A DNA stretch of 64,000 bases from Patescibacteria group bacterium (GTDB lineage: Bacteria; Patescibacteriota; Patescibacteriia; SBBC01; CAIJZX01), in contig JBBTRH010000005.1 of NCBI GenBank assembly GCA_038065275.1, forward strand, positions 26,466 through 90,465, given 5' to 3'. The notes under the pieces are model-generated. The model searched no databases. It had not been told where the DNA came from and saw nothing but the letters and a program-made list of their open reading frames with translations. A program made the translations under genes and the position numbers. Positions 49,902 through 59,136 of the stretch are shown one piece after another; within the stretch, counting starts at the first letter, position 1, and each line of letters starts with the position of its first letter.

Positions 49902-50132
49902 CTATTCAGTTTTCAGCGGTGTCGGCAGTTTCTCCCACATCTCCTGGCCCTCAACGAATTCCTCATGTTTTCCTTCCGGCGTCCCGCTCAAACACGACAT
50001 GCACTCGCCGAAAATTTCACCGGGTTTATAACGGTGCTGGTAACCGCACGGCACACAGACGTAGTCCGCTTCTTCGGGCACGGTGTCGCCTTTGCTGAAT
50101 GGCTTTTCTATGAGGGTGTTGGTGTTTTCCAT
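49902..50132 (-). CDS. Small zinc-ribbon protein
   Basis: YVCVPCG..CMSC. Confidence 0.7.
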   Translation of the reverse strand: MENTNTLIEKPFSKGDTVPEEADYVCVPCGYQHRYKPGEIFGECMSCLSGTPEGKHEEFVEGQEMWEKLPTPLKTE

Positions 50133-50164
50133 GTCGAAAGATTTAGGTTGAAAGTTATAAGTTA

Positions 50165-50689
50165 TCAGTTAATAGCTGGGGCTAGAACCAGCCGTGGTCC
50201 GGGAATAGTATGACGGTCAGCCACCTTTGAGGCGGCAAACGATTCCGGCTTGGTCCGGGCTTGGTACCCATGAGCGATAATCATCCCGACTAGCTCCTGG
50301 ATCATCTCCCGCGTCGGGCCGGCCTCGCCGACGTCGACGTGGATCTCGATGTTCCGGCGCAACAGCGGTTTGAGGTCGGCGATTGATTCCAGTCGTTGGG
50401 CCATGGCGATCGAGGCCAGCGCTTCGGCGTACATTCGGTCGCGGAGGGAGTGCAGTTTGGCTGACAGTCGGCGGCGCCAGAAGTAAATCCCGCCGTTGCC
50501 GACGCGGTGCAGGACGATGGCCGTCACCAGGTAGACCTGGCCGTCGCCGTTCGGCAACGAATCCGACCCGATGATCAACCGGTAATCGCGTTCGGTGTTC
50601 GACAGCACAAAACCGCGCATCCGCGTCACCAGTTGCGGTTGATCGATCTGGCCGTAGGTTGGACTGTTGTACTGTTCGGGTGAGCCCAT
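50165..50689 (-). CDS. RNase H-like YkuK/DUF458 protein
   Basis: IIGSDS, EIHVDVG and KPESFAASKVADRH motifs. Confidence 0.9.
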   Translation of the reverse strand: MGSPEQYNSPTYGQIDQPQLVTRMRGFVLSNTERDYRLIIGSDSLPNGDGQVYLVTAIVLHRVGNGGIYFWRRRLSAKLHSLRDRMYAEALASIAMAQRLESIADLKPLLRRNIEIHVDVGEAGPTREMIQELVGMIIAHGYQARTKPESFAASKVADRHTIPGPRLVLAPAIN

Positions 50690-50828
50690 CAGACGCGCTA
50701 CTTATTCACCGGAACCGCTAAAGGCCAGGATTCCGCATTGAAAATACAGTATAGCGTTTTCCTTACACTTTCGCAAATCAGGCTCGCCCCAACCGGCCCC
50801 CTCCTTAAGTGAGGAGGGGTTAGGGGGT

Positions 50829-50961
50829 GGTGACGAAACTTGAGGCCTAGTAATTGTCGACCTCTGAGGTATCGCCAGAGAATATGTTCAGCCGGCGAAA
50901 GATCGTGGCGTAGTTGGCGACGTTGATCTTTGAGTTGTGGTAAATTGAAAACACGGCGCAT
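50829..50961 (-). pseudogene. Truncated DUF559/Vsr-like endonuclease remnant flanked by CCCCTCC..GGAGGGG hairpins
   Basis: RRQLR...PAE..LW..LR...LGLKFR stops before the catalytic core at a hairpin repeat. Confidence 0.75.
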
Positions 50962-51107
50962 AGGTCGTTTGGGTGCGCCAAGCCATATCTGGAGGCTAGT
51001 GTTAATTAAACTTTTTGTCAACCACCCCTTCGCCCCTCCTTCCGCGAAGGAGGGGGCCGGAAATCCAAACGTTACGCTGTTTAGCAAAGAGACGACATAT
51101 TATTTTG

Positions 51108-52310
51108 TTATAATTGCGTGCCGCCTACAATCGACGGACGACGCTTTTCAATGGCCGAGAGTTTCTTCTGTTTGAAATTTTGCCACCGCCCTTCAGCTAT
51201 CGCCGCGCGAATATCCCCCATCAACCGCATCATCATCCGCGTGTTATGGATGGCTAAGGCGCGACTGCCGCGATAGTCGTGCGCGCGGCACCACTGTTTA
51301 ATGTCCGCCGTGGACAGCCGCGTACAACTTGAACAGTCGCAATCGTTCACCAACGGACCGTCGCCTTGCTGACGGGCCAGCGGGACGATGTCAACGTAGT
51401 GGGTATCGGTCAGAACGTGCTGGTGACGCGCCCGGCGGACCGGTTCAACGCAGTCGAACAGGTCAACACCGCGATTGACCGCTAGGAGAATATCTTGAAT
51501 CCAGCCGATGCCGAGCAGGTGCCGCGGTTTTTCTTCCGGCAGGAACGGGACGACCCAGTCGAGCGTCTCCACCATTCGCTCTTGGCCGAAGGAGCCGCCG
51601 ATCCCGATACCGTCAAACGGCATCGCTCCAATGGCCCGCGCGCTCTCAGTTCGCAATGCCTCGAACGTTCCGCCCTGGACGATGCCGAACATCAACTGGT
51701 CAGTTCGCGTCCGCGCTTCGAGACAGCGCCGCGCCCAAGCGTGTGTCCGTTCCATCGCCTGTCGGTTATAAGTTTCGTCGTGAAGCGGCGAGGTGCATTC
51801 ATCAAAGGCAAAAATGATGTCCGCCCCGATCTCTTCCTGCCATTGCGTGGCAATTTCCGGAGTTAAACGCACTAATTCCCGTCCGTCGGAAAAAATCACC
51901 CCGTCTTCATCGATCGTCGCATGGGCAGTGGTCAACGCCTTGGTCTGGTGTGGTCGGGCATTGATCCCGCCGGCGACTTTTCCGATGCCATGGACCATTC
52001 CCCACCCCAAACTGAAGACCTGGAATCCGCCGGAATCGGTAGCCAGCGGATGGTGCCAGCCGATAAATTGATGGAGTCCGCCGGCCGCGGCGATCGCTTC
52101 GATGCCGTGCTGGCGGTTCAAGTGGTGCGTGTTACACATCAGCACCTCAGCCCCGCACTCCCGCACGTCATCCAGTGACAGCCCGTGGAATATCCCCCGC
52201 GTCGCCACCGGCATAAAGTTCGGCGTCGCGATATCGCCGTGCGCGGTGGTTAAAATACCGGTGCGGGCCCGTGAGTGCCGGGCGGAATGTTCAATGCGCC
52301 AGCCGGTCAT
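51108..52310 (-). CDS. tgt: tRNA-guanine transglycosylase
   Basis: TP.FMPV, TDSGGFQVFSL, GIVQGG and D.FDC motifs. Confidence 0.93.
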   Translation of the reverse strand: MTGWRIEHSARHSRARTGILTTAHGDIATPNFMPVATRGIFHGLSLDDVRECGAEVLMCNTHHLNRQHGIEAIAAAGGLHQFIGWHHPLATDSGGFQVFSLGWGMVHGIGKVAGGINARPHQTKALTTAHATIDEDGVIFSDGRELVRLTPEIATQWQEEIGADIIFAFDECTSPLHDETYNRQAMERTHAWARRCLEARTRTDQLMFGIVQGGTFEALRTESARAIGAMPFDGIGIGGSFGQERMVETLDWVVPFLPEEKPRHLLGIGWIQDILLAVNRGVDLFDCVEPVRRARHQHVLTDTHYVDIVPLARQQGDGPLVNDCDCSSCTRLSTADIKQWCRAHDYRGSRALAIHNTRMMMRLMGDIRAAIAEGRWQNFKQKKLSAIEKRRPSIVGGTQL

Positions 52311-52352
52311 CGATCGTCATCGAGCATGTTTCCCGCCCGCCGGCAATTCTAA

Positions 52353-53669
52353 TCAGAATTTCGTCGCGTAATGATCCGCTTCGTGGGCCGGTCGTTCCTG
52401 ACGCCGCACCGGATGCGACGGGCGGTGGCCATGGTGCGGTGGTCGATGTCGCGGCGGTCGGTGGGACGGCGGGGAAACCAGCGGCTGGCGGCGGTGGATT
52501 GGATGAGGATAAAAGGTGGTTGGAGCTGGCAGTCGCCGGGCTGGCGCCAGAGTCGGCAGGGCGGAGATCGGCAACGCGACCCGGATCAGGCGTTCAATGT
52601 CCCGGACATCGCCGCGCTGGTCAAAGGTGGCGAAGGAAACTGCCCGGCCGGTGCGGCCGGCCCGCGCGGTCCGACCGATGCGATGGACATAGTCTTCCGG
52701 GTTGCTCGGCAAATCGTAGTTGACCACGAGTTCAATGCCAGAAACGTCAAGGCCGCGGGCGGCGATGTCGGTCGCGACCAGCACCCGGTATTTCCCCGAC
52801 TTGAATCCCTCCAGCGCCTCGCGCCGCTGGGCTAAACTGCGATTGGAGTGAATGTCGGCGGCGGTACAGCCCATGGTTTTGACCTGCCGTGCCAGCTTTT
52901 TGGCCCCGTACTTCGTTCGCGTGAAGACCAGGGCCGGGCCCGGGATTTGGTTGAGCAGTGTTTCGAGCAGTTGCGGCTTCGCTTCCTTGCCGATAAAAAA
53001 CAGCTCCTGGGTCACTTTGTCAACGGTCGTTCCCGAACGGGTGATTTCCACGCGAATCGGCAGATGCATGTGCCGCTGGGCGATGGCCACGATGGCGTTG
53101 GGCATGGTGGCCGAGAAGAGCATGGTCTGACGTTGACGCGGCACCACCTCCAGAATACGGTTAATCTGCGGCGCGAAGCCCATGTCCAACATCCGGTCGG
53201 CTTCATCAAGGACCAGGATGCGCACGTCTGACAAGTCAACGGTGCGCTGTTCGAGGTGGTCGATCAAGCGGCCCGGCGTCGCGATGATGATATGCGGTTT
53301 CCGCCGGAGCGCCTGGTGCTGGAGATACATCGAGGCGCCGCCGATCAGGACGGCCGTCCGCAGGCCGACGCTCCGACCGATAGCATGGAGCGACTCATCG
53401 ACCTGGATGGCCAATTCGCGGGTCGGCAACACGACTAAGCCGCGCCCCTTGATCTGGGCTAACCGCTGGATCATCGGGATGCCGAAAGCGAGCGTCTTGC
53501 CGGTGCCGGTTTGGGCCACGCCGATCAGGTCCTTGCCTTCGATCGCGACCGGAATCGAGCGGCGCTGGATGGGAGTCGGTTCGGTGAACTTCAGGCGCTC
53601 AACCGCGTCGAGGAGACTGGGAGCGATACCCAGACCGGAAAAATTAATAGATTCGGAGCTGGATGACAT
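52353..53669 (-). CDS. DEAD-box RNA helicase
   Basis: TGTGKT, PTRELA, DEAD, SAT and HRIGRTAR motifs. Confidence 0.97.
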   Translation of the reverse strand: MSSSSESINFSGLGIAPSLLDAVERLKFTEPTPIQRRSIPVAIEGKDLIGVAQTGTGKTLAFGIPMIQRLAQIKGRGLVVLPTRELAIQVDESLHAIGRSVGLRTAVLIGGASMYLQHQALRRKPHIIIATPGRLIDHLEQRTVDLSDVRILVLDEADRMLDMGFAPQINRILEVVPRQRQTMLFSATMPNAIVAIAQRHMHLPIRVEITRSGTTVDKVTQELFFIGKEAKPQLLETLLNQIPGPALVFTRTKYGAKKLARQVKTMGCTAADIHSNRSLAQRREALEGFKSGKYRVLVATDIAARGLDVSGIELVVNYDLPSNPEDYVHRIGRTARAGRTGRAVSFATFDQRGDVRDIERLIRVALPISALPTLAPARRLPAPTTFYPHPIHRRQPLVSPPSHRPPRHRPPHHGHRPSHPVRRQERPAHEADHYATKF

Positions 53670-53773
53670 GGGTGAAGTGTACCACGGCCACGGCGAAAGA
53701 GATACGCCTCGGGCTGGACAGTCCGACGCCTGGTGCGGTAGTGTGACAGTCGGAAACTTGAACCGGAGGGAAG

Positions 53774-53953
53774 ATGACACAACGTCGTTCTGTTCGGAAG
53801 AAGCGTCGAGCCTCAACCAGGCCGGCGCCCCCCGTCCCCGACTTGCCGCCGGCCAGCGGCGTGGCTGATTCCGCCCAGGGACCGGAACGTCTGATGCCTA
53901 AACTGCCGGCGCCACCCAAGCGCCCCAAGCGCAAAACCCGAGGCCGTCCATGA
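53774..53953 (+). CDS. 59-aa basic, Pro-rich hypothetical protein
   Basis: GGAGGG RBS, MTQRRSVRKKRR...KRKTRGRP, followed by a hairpin plus T-run. Confidence 0.5.
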   Translation: MTQRRSVRKKRRASTRPAPPVPDLPPASGVADSAQGPERLMPKLPAPPKRPKRKTRGRP

Positions 53954-54099
53954 CCTCGGGTGTTTTTTTAGTTTGCGTAATTATCGGAGAATTATAGTTA
54001 ATAGCTAAATCTAGTTGCTGATTCTACTATACTGAGGCTCGATTATTGACTAATCTCATAAAAAACTCATGCGCATTAATAAATAATTACATTTCTAAA

Positions 54100-54612
54100 T
54101 TACGCTCCTGTTACGCGATAATGTATGCGCGCTACCGTTTCGCCCAGCGTTTTATTTTCTATTAGTCTCAGTTTCGGCATCGGCACGGCTACATCAAACA
54201 GCCGCTTCCCGCTCCCGAAGAACACCGCTTCGACATCGAGAATGATCTCATCGATCAGTCCGGCTTGCAGGAACACTGTATTGGCCGCCGTTCCTCCACC
54301 GAGCACCGCGGCGGTGAACCCTTGGCCCTTCAGCACCGCCATCGCCTCATCCGGCGTCTTGGCGAACATGGTTTTCCCATCCGGCGAACCGCTCCGCGAT
54401 TCGGACAGAACCACGGTAAACGGGCGACTGATCCGTTCAAACTCCCCGGCCGCCTTCATCATCTCGTACGTCCGCCGACCGACAATGAGATTTCCTTTAG
54501 ACTTCACGAACTCAGCGTAGGCCGTCCACTCCGTTTCCGACCACGGCGTTGAATCATCGTCGCGGGCGATGAAGCCGTCAATGCTGATCGCCATGTAGAG
54601 GGTGAGTTTCAT
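54100..54612 (-). CDS. Dihydrofolate reductase / RibD C-terminal family protein
   Basis: AISIDGFIA, GRRTY, GG and G.GKRLF motifs. Confidence 0.9.
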   Translation of the reverse strand: MKLTLYMAISIDGFIARDDDSTPWSETEWTAYAEFVKSKGNLIVGRRTYEMMKAAGEFERISRPFTVVLSESRSGSPDGKTMFAKTPDEAMAVLKGQGFTAAVLGGGTAANTVFLQAGLIDEIILDVEAVFFGSGKRLFDVAVPMPKLRLIENKTLGETVARIHYRVTGA

Positions 54613-54817
54613 GATCGCGAGGTAAGTTGTCGGTAGCGGCGTATCTTATGGGTTGGGGCGAACCGGCGTATGACAGTATTGTCCCATAGTCAGCAACAAC
54701 TTGACAACCGGCCGCCGCTATGCCACTATTCGCGGCTGTCAGTTCTGCCTGTAACTTTTGTTGATAATTCGCGTCCGTTGACAACTCGATAGCAACACAA
54801 CCGGAGGGGAGAGGTTT

Positions 54818-55558
54818 ATGGGCAAGCCATTTAAGGGCACGACCGAAGAAGGCTTGGCGCATTACCTGGCGAGCCTGCCGCGCGCGACGACTCGAGCCGG
54901 ACATCAGGCTCGGCAACCGATCATCGCCTATTGCCGTTGCACCACGTCGACCGTCCGGCGCTGGACGAAGGGCGAAATCAAGCCGCTGGGGCTGATGCTG
55001 GTCCGGGTACGGTATTTCCTGGCCAGCCAAGGCTACTGTGTCGTCGAGCTCGAAAGACTCGATCCTGCGGTCAGGAGACTCGGCCAATTGATCGCTGAAG
55101 AGGCGCTGACGGCGGATGAAGCACGGGTGGCACTGAAATATGAAGCCAACAACGTCATCCTGGAACTGCTTCACGGGCGGCGGCAACTGAACGACGTCCG
55201 CCAAGCAATACTCGTGTCACTGCTGGCTAGGCATCAATCGCATTCGGCTCCGCCGCCCGATGCAACTTCAGCGGCGACGGAATCATCGCCTCCGACCGTG
55301 CCGCCGACGACGGATGATTGCAAGACCTCCGTCATGGCGATGCTGGCCGGTTTTGTCCAGGGGGCGATACCGCTGGCCGAATTTGCGGCTTCCGATCGCT
55401 TTACTGACGCCGATCGAGAACGGCTCCGCCAGCTCTGCGGCGGCGGCGGAATGTTTCATCTGTCCAATCTGACCGCCGCGCTTTGCAGTGCGGACGCTCG
55501 TCAGGATCAGTTGGCAACCAGCCCGAACAATCGGGCGATACGAAGGAGAAATCAATGA
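54818..55558 (+). CDS. Hypothetical protein with probable HTH domain(s)
   Basis: IIAYC..TTSTVRRWTKGE..P; strong RBS; ATGA overlap with the ATPase. Confidence 0.6.
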   Translation: MGKPFKGTTEEGLAHYLASLPRATTRAGHQARQPIIAYCRCTTSTVRRWTKGEIKPLGLMLVRVRYFLASQGYCVVELERLDPAVRRLGQLIAEEALTADEARVALKYEANNVILELLHGRRQLNDVRQAILVSLLARHQSHSAPPPDATSAATESSPPTVPPTTDDCKTSVMAMLAGFVQGAIPLAEFAASDRFTDADRERLRQLCGGGGMFHLSNLTAALCSADARQDQLATSPNNRAIRRRNQ

Positions 55559-57270
55559 AGAAGTCAGCCGATCGCAGCTTCGTCAGCGAAATCGCCGTTC
55601 ATCTCGGCGAAGCACTGCGGAGCGCCGCCATTCACTACGAAACGATCGCCGAGGTCGCGTATGAGGAGGTTCAGAATGCTCTGGACGCCGGCGCGCGAAC
55701 CATTCGGGTCGAGATCGACCTGCGCCGGATGTTCATGCGGGTCGCCGACAACGGTCGAGGGATGAGCCGCGAGCAGATGGAAGCGGCGCTACGCACCATC
55801 TACCGGTCCTTGAAATCCGGCGCGGCGCTGGGCGAAAAGGGCATCGGCATGATGGCGCCGATGGGGAAGAGCGATTATTTCACCATCACCACGACGCCGG
55901 AAGGTGGCGACGAATACCGCGTCTGGAGATTCGTGCCGGAAGAAATTTTCCGGGAGCGAGACAGTGCCAAGGTGCCGGCCGAGGTTTTGCCGGATCTTCG
56001 GTACAATCCGAAGACGTCCGACAACCATCCGACCGACCGCCGCTGGCGAACGGAAGTGATGATCGTCGGGCTGACTTCCGACCGTTCGCTCAGCCGCATG
56101 ACCATCGGCCAGGTGGCCGAGGTGATCAAGGGCCGCTACGGTGCCGCCATGCGTCGCCACCGCACGACTATCACCCTAAGAATCACCGATAAGCGCGGGC
56201 GATCGGAAACGACGACGTTCAACGCTCCGGATTTCGTCGGCCAGCCGCTTGGCAAGTGGCAAGGTTCCGACCTGCGCACCGAGACAGTCGAGTTCCGAAT
56301 GTTCTGGGTCGGGCGATCGCCGAAGGGCAAGCACGGCGAGCATCACGTCTACTTCCGCGAACAGGATCGCGATTACCGCTTGAAGTTCGAGGATTTCCTG
56401 CGGAATCTTAAGTCCTACCTGCGCGAGGACGTTGCCGCCTGTCTCGGCTCAGGCGAGTTCGAGGGTGAGATTTTCTATCCATCTTCGCTCGTTCTGCGCG
56501 ATGACCGGCTTGGCTTCCTGAAGAGCGACGCCCTGGACGGACTGTGCAAGATCATCGAGCGGTGGTACGACGAGATCGGCCAGCAGTATCTCGAGGAAGC
56601 CCGCACCAGTTCGTCTTTGCGCGAAGATCAGCGTCTATGCCGCGCCGCGCTGAGCCACCTGCGGCAGATGTTCGAACGGCCAGAATTCGCCGACTGCCGC
56701 GAGCTGGTGTCGTCGTTCGCCACCGGCTCAATCGGGGGCGGCCATTCACCGGTGGCGAAGGGGCGCGTCATCGGCCCCGACATCATGCCGTCGCTGACTG
56801 ATCATCCGGGACGTGGTCAGAAAACCGCTGACTCGGGCAATGGTCGAGCCGCGGCAGCGCGTTTCGAGCATCCCGGCCTGATTCACCTGGCTGCTTTGGG
56901 TCCGGAGGGGCAGAAGCGCCGGATCGTCAAGCATGGCAGTTTTTCGCTCCGGATATGTCCCGACCAGATGCAGTGGTCGGAGCGACGGGACCGGATGTGG
57001 GAGCTGGTGCCGGAACAGGGCATCATGTTCATCAATAACCGCCATCCGCGGTGGGCAGATTGCAAGGCGGCGCGTAACAGCGAGGCTGTCGTGAACCGGC
57101 TGGTGTCATTCATAGCTGTCAACGCCCTCCGGCTCCACGCCGTCAGGGACAGCGCCCACTATCCGGCCTTGATAGAGTTCTTCGACCGCTCGCTGGAACC
57201 GTACTGCATTTGCCTCCTCAGCGGCAACACGCCGGTCCCGAAAGCAACCAGAACGAAGAAGGCAAGGTAG
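55555..57270 (+). CDS. GHKL (MORC/MutL/Hsp90-like) ATPase
   Basis: EEVQNALDA, DNGRGM and GEKGIG boxes; C-terminal INNRHP. Confidence 0.85.
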   Translation: MKKSADRSFVSEIAVHLGEALRSAAIHYETIAEVAYEEVQNALDAGARTIRVEIDLRRMFMRVADNGRGMSREQMEAALRTIYRSLKSGAALGEKGIGMMAPMGKSDYFTITTTPEGGDEYRVWRFVPEEIFRERDSAKVPAEVLPDLRYNPKTSDNHPTDRRWRTEVMIVGLTSDRSLSRMTIGQVAEVIKGRYGAAMRRHRTTITLRITDKRGRSETTTFNAPDFVGQPLGKWQGSDLRTETVEFRMFWVGRSPKGKHGEHHVYFREQDRDYRLKFEDFLRNLKSYLREDVAACLGSGEFEGEIFYPSSLVLRDDRLGFLKSDALDGLCKIIERWYDEIGQQYLEEARTSSSLREDQRLCRAALSHLRQMFERPEFADCRELVSSFATGSIGGGHSPVAKGRVIGPDIMPSLTDHPGRGQKTADSGNGRAAAARFEHPGLIHLAALGPEGQKRRIVKHGSFSLRICPDQMQWSERRDRMWELVPEQGIMFINNRHPRWADCKAARNSEAVVNRLVSFIAVNALRLHAVRDSAHYPALIEFFDRSLEPYCICLLSGNTPVPKATRTKKAR

Positions 57271-57282
57271 TTGATGTTCCTT

Positions 57283-57312
57283 ACCCCGATAGGCGACTAT
57301 CGGGGTTTTTCT
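57283..57312 (+). terminator. Intrinsic terminator
   Basis: ACCCCGATAG-GCGA-CTATCGGGGT followed by a T-run. Confidence 0.85.
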
Positions 57313-57424
57313 TTGCAACTTGACAAAAATCACGGTTTCCCGCTAAGGTAGGCGCGGCTCACGTCGCACCTCCTAACCGATTTGCAGGCTGGAGCCGAGC
57401 CTCAAATCCCCAGCTGGAGGGTAT

Positions 57425-57871
57425 ATGGCCAAGCGTCACGGCGGACGGCCGCTTATTCCGACCGCCCTCAAGAAGTTCATCCGCGCCAAGCTGTTGGGTG
57501 CGGACAAGAAGGCCCCCCTGGCCAGGCAAATCAGCGCTTGGCACGCCGAGTTGCGGCGGGATCATCCCGACTTGCTCGGCAAGCGGAAGCCTGGGACCTT
57601 CTCGACTCTGGTCTACAAGATCCGTCAGCAGGACGCCAAATCGAGCGGCGCGAAGAAGTCGCGAGCTCGTAGCCGGCCGCGCTCCCGGCGGAACGCCCAG
57701 GCGGCCAAACCGGCCCGCGAACTCAGCCAGGAACTCGCCCGGAAGCTGGGGTTCCTGCAACAGGTTCGGATCGCCGTCTCCGAGGCGGAGGAGATCGTCA
57801 AGGAGCTCCGCCGCGTCAACCTCGAAGTGGTCTATCGGCACGACGAGGTCCTGCTCAAGCCGCTGAAGTAG
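57425..57871 (+). CDS. Basic hypothetical protein
   Basis: GGAGG RBS, own TTGACA promoter-like site near 57320, terminator at about 57890-57921. Confidence 0.65.
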   Translation: MAKRHGGRPLIPTALKKFIRAKLLGADKKAPLARQISAWHAELRRDHPDLLGKRKPGTFSTLVYKIRQQDAKSSGAKKSRARSRPRSRRNAQAAKPARELSQELARKLGFLQQVRIAVSEAEEIVKELRRVNLEVVYRHDEVLLKPLK

Positions 57872-57952
57872 GCACCGTACCATACGTTCAACATCCGGAT
57901 CTTCCAGCCGGGTGTTTTTTTATCAACCCAGCCTCACTTTGGTTGGCTGATG

Positions 57953-58450
57953 CTAGTAGACTAGCCGTTTCACCCACGCCGGTACCTTGGCTCGACGGAC
58001 GGTGTCATACTGGGGCGAGTACGGCTTGAGATCAAGGATCGGCGTGCCGTTGAGGATATCAAGTCCCTCCACCCGAACGACATTCCCGCGCCGGGCGAGA
58101 AGCCGAACGGTTGAGACGGCAATCGGGTTAGGACGTTGCGGGCAGCGACAGGCGAACACCCCGACGAACGGCACATCCGCGCGGTTCTGCGGATGATGCC
58201 GAAGATGACATTCTTTCTCCTGATTCATCCAGTAGACGACCATAACGTGCGAGTAACGCTCAAGACCCTGCAGTCCCTTCGCCAACCGCCGATTGATAAC
58301 CAAATCTGTTTTGCGGGAGCGCCAGCCGGTCAGCGTCGGTTTCTTGACGTTATTCACGGCCGTACCGATCGATTTCAGCGTAAAGCGTCCAGCGGCAGTG
58401 CGGCGACCGAAAAAAGAGCAGTATTCTGTGCGCAAGGTTTTTTTCTTCAT
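57953..58450 (-). CDS. trmO: tRNA m6t6A37 methyltransferase TrmO/TsaA family
   Basis: GVFACR.P.RPNPI, GLD...GTPILDLKPY. Confidence 0.9.
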   Translation of the reverse strand: MKKKTLRTEYCSFFGRRTAAGRFTLKSIGTAVNNVKKPTLTGWRSRKTDLVINRRLAKGLQGLERYSHVMVVYWMNQEKECHLRHHPQNRADVPFVGVFACRCPQRPNPIAVSTVRLLARRGNVVRVEGLDILNGTPILDLKPYSPQYDTVRRAKVPAWVKRLVY

Positions 58451-58559
58451 TGCTTTCAGGTGATGATGTCCATAGAGTTAACCAAAATGTTCAAACACGG
58501 TTTCCGGCCCGCCGGTCCGGATCTTGGACTTTAGGGATGACGGCCCGCCGAACGAAGAG

Positions 58560-58588
58560 TTGCCATATTCCTTATGATAGCATAGTAT
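58560..58588 (+). promoter_or_regulatory. sigma70-like promoter upstream of the tRNA-Pro fragment cluster
   Basis: TTGCCA-17 bp-TAGTAT, 11 bp before the first fragment. Confidence 0.6.
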
Positions 58589-58599
58589 TGAAACCGGTT

Positions 58600-59020
58600 C
58601 GGGGTATGGCGCAGTTTCCCGCCATGCGGCGGGATAAAGTCCGCGCGCATGAATGACCTCGAGCAACCCTCGCGCGGCTCAGGCGTGCGGGGCAAGGGTG
58701 CAATTTCTTTCCAACCTTCAGCTCGTCGGGTCGGGGTATGGCGCTAAAAATGCGCGTCCCGCCCCACTGTCGGGGATTAGCGCAGTTCCCCGCCATGCGG
58801 CGGGATAAAGTCCGCGCGCATGAATGACCTCAAGCCGGTAATTATATACTGGTTCGGGATAAAATGATGTGGGCGGAGTCGGGGTGTGGCGTAGCTGGTA
58901 GCGCGCTTGCATGGGGGTCGAGACGGCCGAAGAGCGAATGAACTGCTTCATTCGCGTGCCGTCGAGACGGGCAGCGCCGTGTTCCAAAGGAACAGGCGAT
59001 GCCCCGGAGCATGAGGTCGT
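58600..59020 (+). repeat. Four degenerate tRNA-Pro 5' fragments with hairpin inserts
   Basis: CGGGGTATGGCGC-like starts at 58600, 58732, 58771 and 58880; 52-bp direct repeat 58609-58660 / 58780-58831. Confidence 0.85.
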
Positions 59021-59042
59021 TTACATTTTGGCGGCGGCGAGT

Positions 59043-59115
59043 CGGGGTATGGCGCAGTTGGTAGCGCGCTTGCATGGGGTGCAAGAGGTCGTGGGTTCGA
59101 GTCCCGCTACCCCGA
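59043..59115 (+). tRNA. tRNA-Pro(GGG), CCA not encoded
   Basis: CGGGGTA..CTTGC-ATGGGGT-GCAAG..GTTCGAG..TACCCCG-A. Confidence 0.93.
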
Positions 59116-59136
59116 CTCGCCGCCGCATCACATCAA

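Noticed and set aside
58600-58920. CRISPR array
   Set aside because: The repeats are tRNA-Pro fragments with irregular spacing, and there is no cas operon.
58880-59020. Intron-containing functional tRNA-Pro
   Set aside because: The insert is too short for a group I intron, and the T-arm and acceptor 3' half are not contiguous after it.
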